A stretch of DNA of 64,000 bases from an uncultured cyanobacterium (GTDB lineage Bacteria; Cyanobacteriota; Cyanobacteriia; CAKZMO01). The stretch is from NCBI GenBank assembly GCA_963719515.1, contig CAVRCJ010000006.1, forward strand, positions 160,001 to 224,000, read 5' to 3'. A program made the position numbers and the translations under genes. Below, one piece after another: positions 9,868 through 19,448 of the stretch (position 1 is the first letter of the stretch; each line of letters begins with the position of its first letter). The notes beneath the pieces are model-generated. The model did no database searches. It was not told the DNA's origin and saw only the letters and a program-made list of their open reading frames with translations.

Positions 9868-9945
9868 TCATCCGAAACGGAGCTGCCTAGGGATGAATCT
9901 ATTGCTTAACCCCCCCCTTAAAGCAGCAGTGCTGCTCTCAAAGTT

Positions 9946-11016
9946 ATGAAGCCCTTACAGAACCGAATGCTTAACTTCGCTGTAGTATGCCTCTCTGCGG
10001 CGATCGCTACCGCCTGCAGCACAACCTCCACTTCTCCAGATTCAGCGCCAGAGGCTAGTCCCATCATGGCGGGTCCCGCTCCCGACGCCGCTGTAGACGG
10101 CCCGGCGCTAGACTGCGCCACTTGGCAAGACTACCGCGCCGGCACCGCTGATACCGCCTCGGGGCTTAACGCAGTTACCGCAGACCTAGGCAGCCTACCG
10201 CAGCTGCCCGCCGGATTTGAGCAGGGCTGCCTCTTCAGCATCGACAACAGCCGCAGCCGCTCCGCTAACCCTTCGCCTATCCATATCTTGCGCAACGGCA
10301 TCAGCCTCGAAGATGGCCTTGGCGCGAACGCCTTGCCATCGCCCGTGGTGTCATCACAGGGCTCAATTCCCCAAGTTCTGCTTCAAGACCTGCCCCAGGG
10401 CTTTCTTGAAAGCAGTGATGTGGTCACCTATCGACAGACCTGCGCGCTGCTAAACCCTAGCCGTAGCGGCGACTGCGCGACCATTCCCCCCTATGAGGCC
10501 TATATTCTTAGGCAGAGTAGCGTTTGGCAAAACAGCGTCTGTTTCCAAAACCACTGCCTTCAGAGCGCCCACTTTCCCCCCTTGGAGCTGCTTTCCCTCT
10601 GGGACAGCGACCTCCCGGAGCCAGCGCTGTCGGCCTACGGTGAGGATATTCCTCGCGAGCAGTACAGCCCCCGCCCGCTGGAAGCGATTCTGGCGGAGAT
10701 ATCTACTCCACCCGCAGAAACAGCTTCCGCTCCCCCAGGTGTGGCCTATAGCCCAGAGGCGATCGCCCTTCAGCTTTTTGGGCGCACTGCCCTAGAAGAA
10801 GGGCAGCAGCCAACGGTGGTCGCTTCCGCAGATACCCAAAGTCCAGTCGTCACCGTGACTAATTTCGGGGAGCTAGACGACTCAGTGGGCGGAAGTCGGT
10901 ATCGCTTGGAGTTCGAAACCCTAGACGGCAATCAGTATAAGCTCGTCTGGGCTGGCGCTCAGCGCTACTGCCGGCGCACAGCTCCGCCCCAGTGGACGAT
11001 GGAGCTGTGCCCTTAA
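9946..11016 (+). CDS. hypothetical lipoprotein
   Basis: lipobox IATAC; C-terminal LDDSVGGSRYRLEF...C..W....CP module seen in cyanobacterial lipoproteins. Confidence 0.7.
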   Translation: MKPLQNRMLNFAVVCLSAAIATACSTTSTSPDSAPEASPIMAGPAPDAAVDGPALDCATWQDYRAGTADTASGLNAVTADLGSLPQLPAGFEQGCLFSIDNSRSRSANPSPIHILRNGISLEDGLGANALPSPVVSSQGSIPQVLLQDLPQGFLESSDVVTYRQTCALLNPSRSGDCATIPPYEAYILRQSSVWQNSVCFQNHCLQSAHFPPLELLSLWDSDLPEPALSAYGEDIPREQYSPRPLEAILAEISTPPAETASAPPGVAYSPEAIALQLFGRTALEEGQQPTVVASADTQSPVVTVTNFGELDDSVGGSRYRLEFETLDGNQYKLVWAGAQRYCRRTAPPQWTMELCP

Positions 11017-11023
11017 AGCGCTG

Positions 11024-11302
11024 CTACTGCAACCCGCGCTGGCGCATTAGGTAGGCCAACACCTGCCCTTCTCGGCGGCTCAGCCGCACGCCGTCGGGCC
11101 TGATGGCCACCGGCCCGGTCCACAGGCCTTGCTCCACGTAGTAGCGGTTGATGTGCATGAGGTGGATGGTTTCGCGGATGCCCTCGCGGGAGCCGATGAG
11201 GATATGGCGCACCACCTCGCCGTCGGGGTGGGGTGGGGGCTCGGCCAGGCGAAGCAGTGCCGCCTCAGGGTTGAGGGGCTGCTCGGGGTATAAGAATGTC
11301 AT
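11024..11302 (-). CDS. small conserved cyanobacterial hypothetical protein
   Basis: RBS-like AAAGGAA; VRHILIGSREGIRETIHLMH motif recalled from a recurrent cyanobacterial small-protein family. Confidence 0.65.
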   Translation of the reverse strand: MTFLYPEQPLNPEAALLRLAEPPPHPDGEVVRHILIGSREGIRETIHLMHINRYYVEQGLWTGPVAIRPDGVRLSRREGQVLAYLMRQRGLQ

Positions 11303-11823
11303 GGGTTGGGTTCCTTTTTCTGTGTAGATGGGTAGGAAACCCAAGTTTGGCCATCCCTTTCGACGTTAACCGTTCGGGATGGCTATGGGACAATACCCAC
11401 AGCTTCCGGACAGGTCTGTTCTGTCTTGGGGGTCAGGCGGTGATCGTCAGTGTCAGTGGCGATCGCTGCCGTTATGACCAAATACTTGGGAGCCAAGCTG
11501 CGCGGAGCAGCTCTCAGGCATAGACTCTACACTATTGGCGGTGGGAGAGGCAAGCCCAAATTTTGCCTTCACTGACGCCAACGCGGTCAGCAATTGCCGG
11601 GTCTGAACCTTGGAGGGTCAGCGATGCCATCTCACGGAGCGATCGCGATATCTGAGGGGGCAGTGGTGGGACTTGGGCGATCGAGGGAGTGTGAGTGTCC
11701 GTGCCCACGAGTAAGAAACTGGGAGGCTGACCTGTAGGTAGGCCATCGAACTCTAGCCACTGCTCAGTCGCGTTTGAGGAATCGTTGCGATCGATGAGTA
11801 GTTGTGTTCCCGGAGCAGCTATA

Positions 11824-12870
11824 CTACGCTTCCAACTGGCTATCGTTATCACGAATTATCTTCAAAACTGTGTTCAGTACCCCAACATAGGCTTGCGCTA
11901 TTGTTAGGAGTGTATTGTCGCCTTCAACAATAGTTCTAAAGACGCCATCTCTAGAAGCCGTGTACCTACCAGACAGATGCGGAACACTAAATTCCAAGTG
12001 TACTGTTACAGTGTCTCGCTCAGTAGTTGTGTCTGATATCCGAAGATGGACATCACAGTCTTCAAAATTTATGTATTCCCTTAATGGATCTTCTATTGAC
12101 CTCAAAACAGCATCAATAGGACCGGTTTGCTCAGTATTTCCGTACAGCTTAGTGTCATCAAGCGTGAGGCACACGTTCGCACAACTTTTCTCAAGGTTAC
12201 ATGAAGAATTGAAATCAGTAAGTGACAGAATCCTTGTTCTATCAGTGTGATCTACGGTCATATGAGGATCGTATCTATTCAGCAGAATTGAGAATGCTTC
12301 AGGTGTAAATACCCAGACCTTAACTAAATCTTCATGTTCTTCTTCTTTCCCCCCAAACAATTCTGAAGAACCAATACAGATGTCAGCATACCCATACTTA
12401 AAAATATGTTCACGCTCATCAGAATTGTTCGTAAAGTATTCAGGTTCACAAGTTAGTATTGTGAGACCGTGTTGAAAAGCTGTTTCTATCCTACGTGCGT
12501 CATATAAAGGTAATATTTCTCTCTTCTTATTAGCTTCTTCCTCAACAGATTGACTGCACTTAAGCGTTTTCAAAGAGGCAACATATTCCTGTATCTTTTG
12601 AAATTCTTCAAATGTGACAAGTTTAGCTTTCTTCGCATTTGTAAGATTTCCTCTTACGATGTCTTCATCTATCTTTATTATATAGCTCTTTAGTAAATAG
12701 TCAGTTGCTCTGCCAAGGATACAGTGGACGGCACTGCTATATAGACTAGATCGACGTCCTTTCGATATCAAGCAGTCTATGAGTACGCTAGGAGTGCACA
12801 AAATGCCACCTAATTCAGTAACCAATTCGGTCATGTCATAGTCAGCGAACCGTATAAGTACATGTGGCAT
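11824..12870 (-). CDS. degenerate PIN-like domain fused to LeuA (alpha-isopropylmalate synthase) regulatory domain
   Basis: N-terminal half has YDARRIETA...ILTCEPEYF (PIN-like); C-terminal half has TGPIDAVLRSI and DNTLLTIAQAYVGVLN (LeuA_dimer-like); AT-rich. Confidence 0.6.
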   Translation of the reverse strand: MPHVLIRFADYDMTELVTELGGILCTPSVLIDCLISKGRRSSLYSSAVHCILGRATDYLLKSYIIKIDEDIVRGNLTNAKKAKLVTFEEFQKIQEYVASLKTLKCSQSVEEEANKKREILPLYDARRIETAFQHGLTILTCEPEYFTNNSDEREHIFKYGYADICIGSSELFGGKEEEHEDLVKVWVFTPEAFSILLNRYDPHMTVDHTDRTRILSLTDFNSSCNLEKSCANVCLTLDDTKLYGNTEQTGPIDAVLRSIEDPLREYINFEDCDVHLRISDTTTERDTVTVHLEFSVPHLSGRYTASRDGVFRTIVEGDNTLLTIAQAYVGVLNTVLKIIRDNDSQLEA

Positions 12871-12998
12871 TTTAGAAAATCTAGTAGCGTCAAAAACTTC
12901 TCAAGAACTAGCTAGAGTTTTTCAATAGCAACTGGAGCAACTGCTTGTCCTAACTAGACCAACCATTCATTTGTAGCCAATTCATTTAGACAAAATCG

Positions 12999-13265
12999 CT
13001 ATGATTCACGTGAGGTGGAGCAAGAGGCAAGCATGTCTCTCACCAACTCATTTTTTACTTCAATTTTTATCTTTTCTACAATATCAGCAAAATCACAGTC
13101 ACTTACTTCTTTATATCGCTTACCTCTAGGAGCGAGATCTAACCCCTCTGATAAAAGCTGATGTATCAATTCAGATATAGTGACATCTTCTTCATCAGCT
13201 CTACTCCTAAGCGCATCTAGGATGTTTATGTCAAGTCGAATGCTATATAACTTCTTTGTTGTCAT
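12999..13265 (-). CDS. ribbon-helix-helix (CopG/Arc-like) DNA-binding protein
   Basis: YSIRLD..ILDALRSRADEEDVTISELIHQLLSEGL. Confidence 0.75.
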   Translation of the reverse strand: MTTKKLYSIRLDINILDALRSRADEEDVTISELIHQLLSEGLDLAPRGKRYKEVSDCDFADIVEKIKIEVKNELVRDMLASCSTSRES

Positions 13266-13712
13266 TGGAATTAACTCAAAGCGTGAGATTGCGGCACGCA
13301 CAACATTGATCTGTCTACAGAATGTCATACGACTAGTGTTCTGTCAAGAATGAGCAGCGGATATAACCAATAGAGCGGCAGCTGAATCGCAATGTGCTTC
13401 TTGCAAGCCTTACAAGGAATAGCTTTCAAGAACTTTCTAGGAGAAACACATACAGTTTTTCGGAGGGTTTTTCATAGATCTAGGGGCTAAATCTATAGAA
13501 AATCTCGTATATATTCAAATCCGTACAGCTATTCTTCAGGTAGAAATTCTACTTGCGTCTTTGCGCAAACACCTTAAACTCTCATCTGCGAGTACTTTGC
13601 GCTTACTCTGCAAGCCTTGATATACAAGGCTTGCAGAGCAGGTAGAGATCTCTAGCAGTCAACACACTGGATAAGCCTTGACTTGTATACAATTGTATGA
13701 CAATATACTTGC

Positions 13713-13979
13713 ATGTGTATGACGCTATTGGCAGTGAACAGCATGAACTTAGCCTCTGATATACGTACCGACGCCAAATTTGGTAAGCAAGAAAGCTCTG
13801 CAAAGCCCACAAAAGAGCGTGTACGATGCCCAACCTGTGGAGAAATCGCTACTCGCAGACGTTATCTTCACGCAAAAGGGGGTTCAAATGAATTTATACG
13901 AAAGACGGAATGCTCTTCATGCGATTACTACCTTGAGATATGTGAATCAACAGGTAAAGTTTTGCATGCATATTTCTAG
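13713..13979 (+). CDS. small Zn-ribbon protein (cyanobacterial family often loosely labelled PriA)
   Basis: RCPTCG...TECSSCDYYLEICESTGKVLHAY; start uncertain. Confidence 0.7.
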   Translation: MCMTLLAVNSMNLASDIRTDAKFGKQESSAKPTKERVRCPTCGEIATRRRYLHAKGGSNEFIRKTECSSCDYYLEICESTGKVLHAYF

Positions 13980-13983
13980 AGAG

Positions 13984-14125
13984 AATGAACTTCCCAATCG
14001 CAGCAAACTGCGGAGTATCACTTCGCTACGCCTCGCTCGGCTCCGCTCGATAATGCCCAATTGAACGTTGCTCTACAGATCGAAGAAAGCTGCGGAGTAT
14101 ATGACTCAGAGAAACTAGATCAAGT
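13984..14125 (+). mobile_element. short palindrome-ended non-autonomous element (PATE/MITE-like, IS200/IS605-type ends), copy A
   Basis: AATGAACTT...CGCAGCAAACTGCGGAGTAT...AGCTGCGGAGTAT...ACTAGATCAAGT; homologous to 43307-43459. Confidence 0.6.
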
Positions 14126-14182
14126 ATTGTGGTTCTCATTTTAGTGCATACGTAACAACAAATACCTGGTTTTTATAGATTT

Positions 14183-15034
14183 ATGATTTTAGAAAAGGTT
14201 AGTCGGATGTATCGGCATTTATTCTCTCAAAGGCGAACTGAGCTTCCATGGGAAATCAATTTGCGTACTCGTCCAATTCTTCATATCCAAAGAACACCGA
14301 TCTCAATACAACAGGCTATTAATGATCTGCAAATAAAGCTAATTGATAAAGGCTTCTTAAGTCAACATACTGGCATATTCGATAATGATACAAAAGATGC
14401 TGTTATGACGTTTCAGGAGCAACACTATCTACGTATTGATGGTGTTGTAGGTCCTCTCACCTGGGCAGCACTCTGCTATCCGACTTTATCCTTGTCGTAT
14501 GAAATTTCTGAAGACGAAAAGTATTTTGTTATAAAATTACAGAGATGCTTGCTTGATGAAGGATTTAGGTTGAAGGTCAACGGTAAATTCAACAATGAGA
14601 CTGATAGAGCATTGAGACGGTTTCAGCGCCGATATGAACTTCGTTCAGATGGAATCTGTGGGCCTCTAACTTGGATTACGTTATCTGGTCAGCGGCTTAC
14701 TCCAACTCAATCTACCTGGTCTCTGGGAATCATAGATCGTAAGATAGAGCATGCTCTTGAGCAAACATTAACCGTTTTTGCTATCTGGATTGGAATCACG
14801 TGGAATTCCATTCACTATCCGCAAGATGAAATATCCCATCCCGCAGCGATAGTTGTTGCTTATAGCCTCACTGCTTTTGGCTCACTTGTTCTGGAAAGAC
14901 TCTTTCCTGGAATCATCAACACATACGAAAGAAAACCACTTTTACGCTATGGACCGTATGTATTCGTTGGTTTGTTCTGGAAACAGATTATAACTAGGAT
15001 TTTGACAATTATGTCTCTAACCCCTTCTCTGTAG
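14183..15034 (+). CDS. two PG-binding domains plus C-terminal transmembrane helices
   Basis: LQ..L..KGF..GIFD..T..AV..FQ...L.IDGVVGPLTW twice; hydrophobic C-terminus; AT-rich. Confidence 0.85.
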   Translation: MILEKVSRMYRHLFSQRRTELPWEINLRTRPILHIQRTPISIQQAINDLQIKLIDKGFLSQHTGIFDNDTKDAVMTFQEQHYLRIDGVVGPLTWAALCYPTLSLSYEISEDEKYFVIKLQRCLLDEGFRLKVNGKFNNETDRALRRFQRRYELRSDGICGPLTWITLSGQRLTPTQSTWSLGIIDRKIEHALEQTLTVFAIWIGITWNSIHYPQDEISHPAAIVVAYSLTAFGSLVLERLFPGIINTYERKPLLRYGPYVFVGLFWKQIITRILTIMSLTPSL

Positions 15035-15209
15035 TCATTAGCTGAGCAGCCCACACTCACGAAAACTTTACCTTATTTGTCACTCATTGCAAATGATGTC
15101 TTCCTGTCTCAGGTAGGCCTAGCTTATTTGCCGGTCGCTACAACTACTCAGCCCGCAGGTAAAGTCACAACACCTTGATATAGCCCTCATCCCCAGTAAG
15201 CGATCGCAC

Positions 15210-15443
15210 TAGTACTCAACAGCGTAAATAAGCCAAGGGGTCACGATATGAGAGGTTTACCTGTATAGTTCCACTTGAACGGCTTGGCCATGGTGCGATT
15301 GAAACAATCAACTGACTAACCTCTCTAAATCCTCTCGCTCTGATTCGCTTAGAACGATTGGCGCTGCTGCTTGTTGTGGCACTCGCCTAGCTCCACCACT
15401 ACCTACTCCTAAACAGTAGCCCTATTTTTGCCAAGCAATACTA
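15210..15443 (-). mobile_element. IS630-family internally deleted derivative (MITE)
   Basis: minus strand keeps transposase N-terminus VPQQAAAPIVLSESEREDLERLV and C-terminus FNRTMAKPFKWNYTGKPL; imperfect TIRs TAGTA..GC..AAATA, each end within a CTAG. Confidence 0.7.
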
Positions 15444-15712
15444 GCCACTCAACAATCAGCTCTACGAACCAGTGCTACGGCAAGATTCAAAATTGTGAAA
15501 GCCGCAGGGCGATATCATAATATTCACAGAACCGGCTCTCGCCAAGCAGGAGCAACTTGCGATCGCAGGAAAAAAGGGGTGGTTACCTAAGATCGGTTTT
15601 GGTGGACAATGCCCCACCCCACTCATCTTAGGAAGCGGTAAGGGATGAATCGGTCAATAGGCCAAAAATGCAGCTCGGTTAATCTAAGGCCGTTTAGCCA
15701 AGAAGGGGAATT

Positions 15713-16168
15713 ATGAATCGACGTGAGTTTGTCCACTGTATGGGCATTAGCGCGCTAGCAACGTCATTGCCCGTGGCGATCGCGGCGTGCCGCTCTGAGC
15801 CTACATCCACTGCAGAGGAAGACTCTGAAACCGACGCAACCGATGACCTCACAACTCGTGAGGATGGTTTTGCCGCAATCGGGACCGTTGCTGAGCTAGA
15901 TGCAGCCGGATTTATTGCCAACGTTCGATTTCAGGGTAGGCGGGTCATTGTCATCAAGGATCCTACCGAGGCATCAAGCGTCCTCGCCTTCGATGCGGTA
16001 TGCCCTCACGCTGCCTGCACCGTCGCTTGGAAAGAAAGTCTATTCGACTGCGATTGTCACGGTTCCCAGTTCAACGCCGACGGCACCGTGGCAGCAGGCC
16101 CAAGTACTGAACCCCTCGGTAATTTTGATGCCAAAATCGAAGACGAGCAGGTATGGGTTAAAGTCTAA
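15713..16168 (+). CDS. Rieske [2Fe-2S] lipoprotein (PetC3-like)
   Basis: MNRREF Tat signal, AIAAC lipobox, CPHAAC and CDCHGSQF ligand motifs. Confidence 0.85.
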   Translation: MNRREFVHCMGISALATSLPVAIAACRSEPTSTAEEDSETDATDDLTTREDGFAAIGTVAELDAAGFIANVRFQGRRVIVIKDPTEASSVLAFDAVCPHAACTVAWKESLFDCDCHGSQFNADGTVAAGPSTEPLGNFDAKIEDEQVWVKV

Positions 16169-16284
16169 ACCAAAGCCTAGAGAAAAATACAGAAGATGCA
16201 GCTGGGGCATGCCTATGCAGCATATGGGTCAGCAAAATGATGCCTTATCCTCTATTTTTCGAGATGCCCTGCAGCAGTGCCTCA

Positions 16285-17271
16285 TTAGTCAGTCCTCGCA
16301 GCGTCTTCAAATGAAACCGGCATCACCTCATGAAACTGGGCGTAGTCAATGGCAAACTGCCCCGACTTCGTGTGGGTAAACAGGTCGCAAAACTGCATAT
16401 TCTCAATCACCTCCGCCGGAATATAGCTGTGGCGGGCATGAATCGTTTGAGAAAAGGTTTCATCTAGCCCCGTCAGCGTGACAATCAGCTCAACGTCGGC
16501 ATCCTCGTGGCGAAACAGATCGTAGTCGTACAGCGGACTACCGGGCACCAGCGGGTGCATTACCGTCCAAGACAGCGCAAAGATAGGACTCTGCGATCGC
16601 ACCAGCGGCAGGTCATAGAAGCGGCGCATGGAGCGGCCTTCGTGGGTGATCTCGTTACGCACCAGAGTTACCGTCACCTGAGCTTCTAGAATGCGATTGC
16701 GTCGCTGGTTGGCGCAGCGAAACATAAAGGTGGGCACCCCATCGTAGGGGGCAATTACCGCCACATCGCTGAACATGATTTTGGCCGTAGGCCGCGAGAA
16801 GCGAGCAAAGATTAAGCCTGTGGCGATCGCCAACCCCATGACCCCTACCAACGCCTCTACGGTGACGATCATATTGGCGTAGGGCGTTTGGGGGTACATG
16901 GCCCCGTAGCCAATGGAGGCCATAGTCTGAACGCTGAAGAAGAAGGCATCGGCAAAGGAGCCGGGGCGGGCGTTGGCGATGGGGTCGTCGCCAAGCAGAT
17001 AGGCCACCGCAAATCCGGCGTTGGTGAGTAGGTATACTAGCCCCACAATCCCAAAAAATACCGGTGTGGACTGCACCAGCATCCAGTGGTAAAGGTCGCT
17101 CCAAGGGGTGCCCGAAACGCCGAGACGGGCAATGTCGAAGCGGCCATCGGGGGTGACGATGCGAGGCTTACGGCGGGGTGAGATTGGGGTGAGGCCACGA
17201 CGCGCGGTAGCATTAGACGAGCGTTTGCGCAGTCCTGGATCAATGCGACCGGGTAGGGGGCGTTGGCTCAT
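16285..17271 (-). CDS. inward-rectifier potassium channel (KirBac)
   Basis: AFFFSVQTMASIGYG filter, ARFSRP, SWTVMHP; GGAGA RBS before ATG 17271. Confidence 0.92.
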   Translation of the reverse strand: MSQRPLPGRIDPGLRKRSSNATARRGLTPISPRRKPRIVTPDGRFDIARLGVSGTPWSDLYHWMLVQSTPVFFGIVGLVYLLTNAGFAVAYLLGDDPIANARPGSFADAFFFSVQTMASIGYGAMYPQTPYANMIVTVEALVGVMGLAIATGLIFARFSRPTAKIMFSDVAVIAPYDGVPTFMFRCANQRRNRILEAQVTVTLVRNEITHEGRSMRRFYDLPLVRSQSPIFALSWTVMHPLVPGSPLYDYDLFRHEDADVELIVTLTGLDETFSQTIHARHSYIPAEVIENMQFCDLFTHTKSGQFAIDYAQFHEVMPVSFEDAARTD

Positions 17272-17278
17272 GTCTCCA

Positions 17279-18988
17279 TTAGAACAAAAAATACCGCTGG
17301 GCCATAGGCAGCACGTCAGCAGGCTCGCAGGTGAGCAGCTCCCCATCCGCCCGCACCTCGTAGGTCTCTGGGTCCACCTCCATACTCGGCAGGTAGTTAT
17401 TCAGCTTCATATCCTGCTTGCGCACCCGCCGCGTTCCCGTCACCGCCATTACCGGCTTCGCCAGCCCAATGCTCTCCGCAACGCCATCTTCGATCGCCGC
17501 TTGGGAGACAAAGGTGATAGACGTCGCCGCAATCGCTCCCCCATAGCTGCCGAACATAGGCCGCATATGCACCGGCTGCGGGGTGGGGATGCTGGCGTTG
17601 GGGTCGCCCATTTGCGCCCAGGCGATCGCTCCCCCTTTGATGACAATTTCGGGCTTGACGCCAAAAAATGCCGGTTTCCACAGGCACAGGTCCGCCAGCT
17701 TGCCCTCTTCTACCGAGCCAATTTGGGACGACATGCCGTGGGTGATGGCGGGGTTGATGGTGTATTTGGCCACGTAGCGCTTGGCCCGGTGGTTGTCATT
17801 GCGCGATGAGTCCTCCGGCAGGGGTCCCCGCTGCACCTTCATCTTGTGGGCCGTCTGCCAGGTGCGGATGATTACCTCGCCCACGCGGCCCATGGCCTGG
17901 GAATCGGAGGCGATCATGCTGAAGGCCCCTAGGTCGTGCAGGATATCCTCAGCGGCGATGGTCTCCCGGCGGATGCGAGATTCGGCAAAGGCCACGTCTT
18001 CGGGGATGCCCCGGTCTAGGTGGTGGCAGACCATGAGCATATCTAGGTGCTCTTCAAGGGTATTGGTGGTGTAGGGGCGGGTGGGGTTGGTGGAGGAGGG
18101 CAGCACATTGGCCTCGCCGCACACTTTAATGATGTCGGGGGCGTGGCCGCCGCCTGCCCCTTCGGTGTGGTAGGTGTGAATCGTTCGATCTTTGAAGGCC
18201 GCAACGGTCTGCTCGACAAACCCCGCTTCGTTGAGGGTATCGGTGTGGATTGAGGTCTGCACGTCGTACTCGTCGGCCACCGTGAGACAGGTGTCGATGG
18301 CGGCGGGGGTGGTGCCCCAGTCTTCGTGCAGCTTCAGCCCGACGACGCCCGCCCGCACCTGTTCCACAATGCCCTGAGGCTGGGCGCTATTGCCCTTGGC
18401 TGAAAACCCAAAGTTGAGGGGAAAGGCGTCCGCCGCCTGCAGCATGCGGTAGATGTGCCAGGGTCCGGGGGTACAGGTGGTGGCGTTGGTGCCGGTGGCC
18501 GGGCCGGTGCCGCCGCCGATCATCGTGGTGATGCCAGAGGCGATCGCCGTTTCGATTTGCTGAGGGCAGATAAAGTGAATGTGCGCGTCGATGCCCCCTG
18601 CGGTGAGGATCATCCCCTCCCCCGCTATAGCCTCGGTGCCGGGGCCAATAATAATGTCAATATTGTCTTGGATATAGGGGTTGCCCGCATTGCCGATTTT
18701 GGCGATACGGCCATCTTTGATGCCAATATCGGCCTTGACGATGCCCCACCAGTCCAAAATCAGGGCGTTGGTAATCACCGTATCGACTGCCCCATCGGCG
18801 TTGGCAATCGGAGACTGCCCCATGCCGTCGCGAATCACCTTACCGCCGCCGAATTTCACCTCATCGCCGTAAACGGTGTGGTCCGCCTCCACCTCAATAA
18901 TCAGCTCAGTGTCGGCCAGCCGGATGCGATCGCCTACGGTGGGCCCGTAGGTTTCGGCGTAGGCGCGGCGATTCATGCGGTAGCTCAT
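17279..18988 (-). CDS. ureC: urease subunit alpha
   Basis: [43 protein letters not shown] and SDSQAMGR. Confidence 0.98.
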   Translation of the reverse strand: MSYRMNRRAYAETYGPTVGDRIRLADTELIIEVEADHTVYGDEVKFGGGKVIRDGMGQSPIANADGAVDTVITNALILDWWGIVKADIGIKDGRIAKIGNAGNPYIQDNIDIIIGPGTEAIAGEGMILTAGGIDAHIHFICPQQIETAIASGITTMIGGGTGPATGTNATTCTPGPWHIYRMLQAADAFPLNFGFSAKGNSAQPQGIVEQVRAGVVGLKLHEDWGTTPAAIDTCLTVADEYDVQTSIHTDTLNEAGFVEQTVAAFKDRTIHTYHTEGAGGGHAPDIIKVCGEANVLPSSTNPTRPYTTNTLEEHLDMLMVCHHLDRGIPEDVAFAESRIRRETIAAEDILHDLGAFSMIASDSQAMGRVGEVIIRTWQTAHKMKVQRGPLPEDSSRNDNHRAKRYVAKYTINPAITHGMSSQIGSVEEGKLADLCLWKPAFFGVKPEIVIKGGAIAWAQMGDPNASIPTPQPVHMRPMFGSYGGAIAATSITFVSQAAIEDGVAESIGLAKPVMAVTGTRRVRKQDMKLNNYLPSMEVDPETYEVRADGELLTCEPADVLPMAQRYFLF

Positions 18989-19448
18989 GGAGATTCCTCT
19001 GCAATTTGCGGTCAAGGCTAGTGGGGAACACTGAGTTGCTCAGGCGAGTCCTAGAGAAAATACTGTTTAATTTGATACTCGCAATCGCTACAGTAGTACT
19101 CGAATGGGGGGTGGTCTTAATGCTTCAGCGTCAGCAGATCCAAATTCTGACGGGTTGAGCAGCAATGCCCGCTCATCTCGGCATCAGGAAAATGTATTAA
19201 AACTAAACATTTCTGGATTATATTCCCTCCATTGTGGTGTGGAATGCTTACAGTAAGGCAATTTACATCGTTATAGATAGCGCTGCAACCTATAACGACA
19301 GGGCCTGAGAACGCAGATCATCCCTTTTGCAGTACAAACTTCCGACGTCAGCCTTGCATTCAAGCACCTGTGCTGGACGCAACACCCGAGCAAAGACGCG
19401 ATCGCGATTCCATTTAGAGATACACTTCTTCACTCCAGTCAGAACCCC

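Noticed and set aside
11532..11852. 106-aa ORF as a third gene of the RHH-PIN operon
   Set aside because: No recognisable motif and it straddles the composition boundary; cannot be supported without homology data.
19065..19078. NtcA site upstream of ureC
   Set aside because: GTT-N8-TAC is imperfect and I saw no appropriately spaced -10 box.
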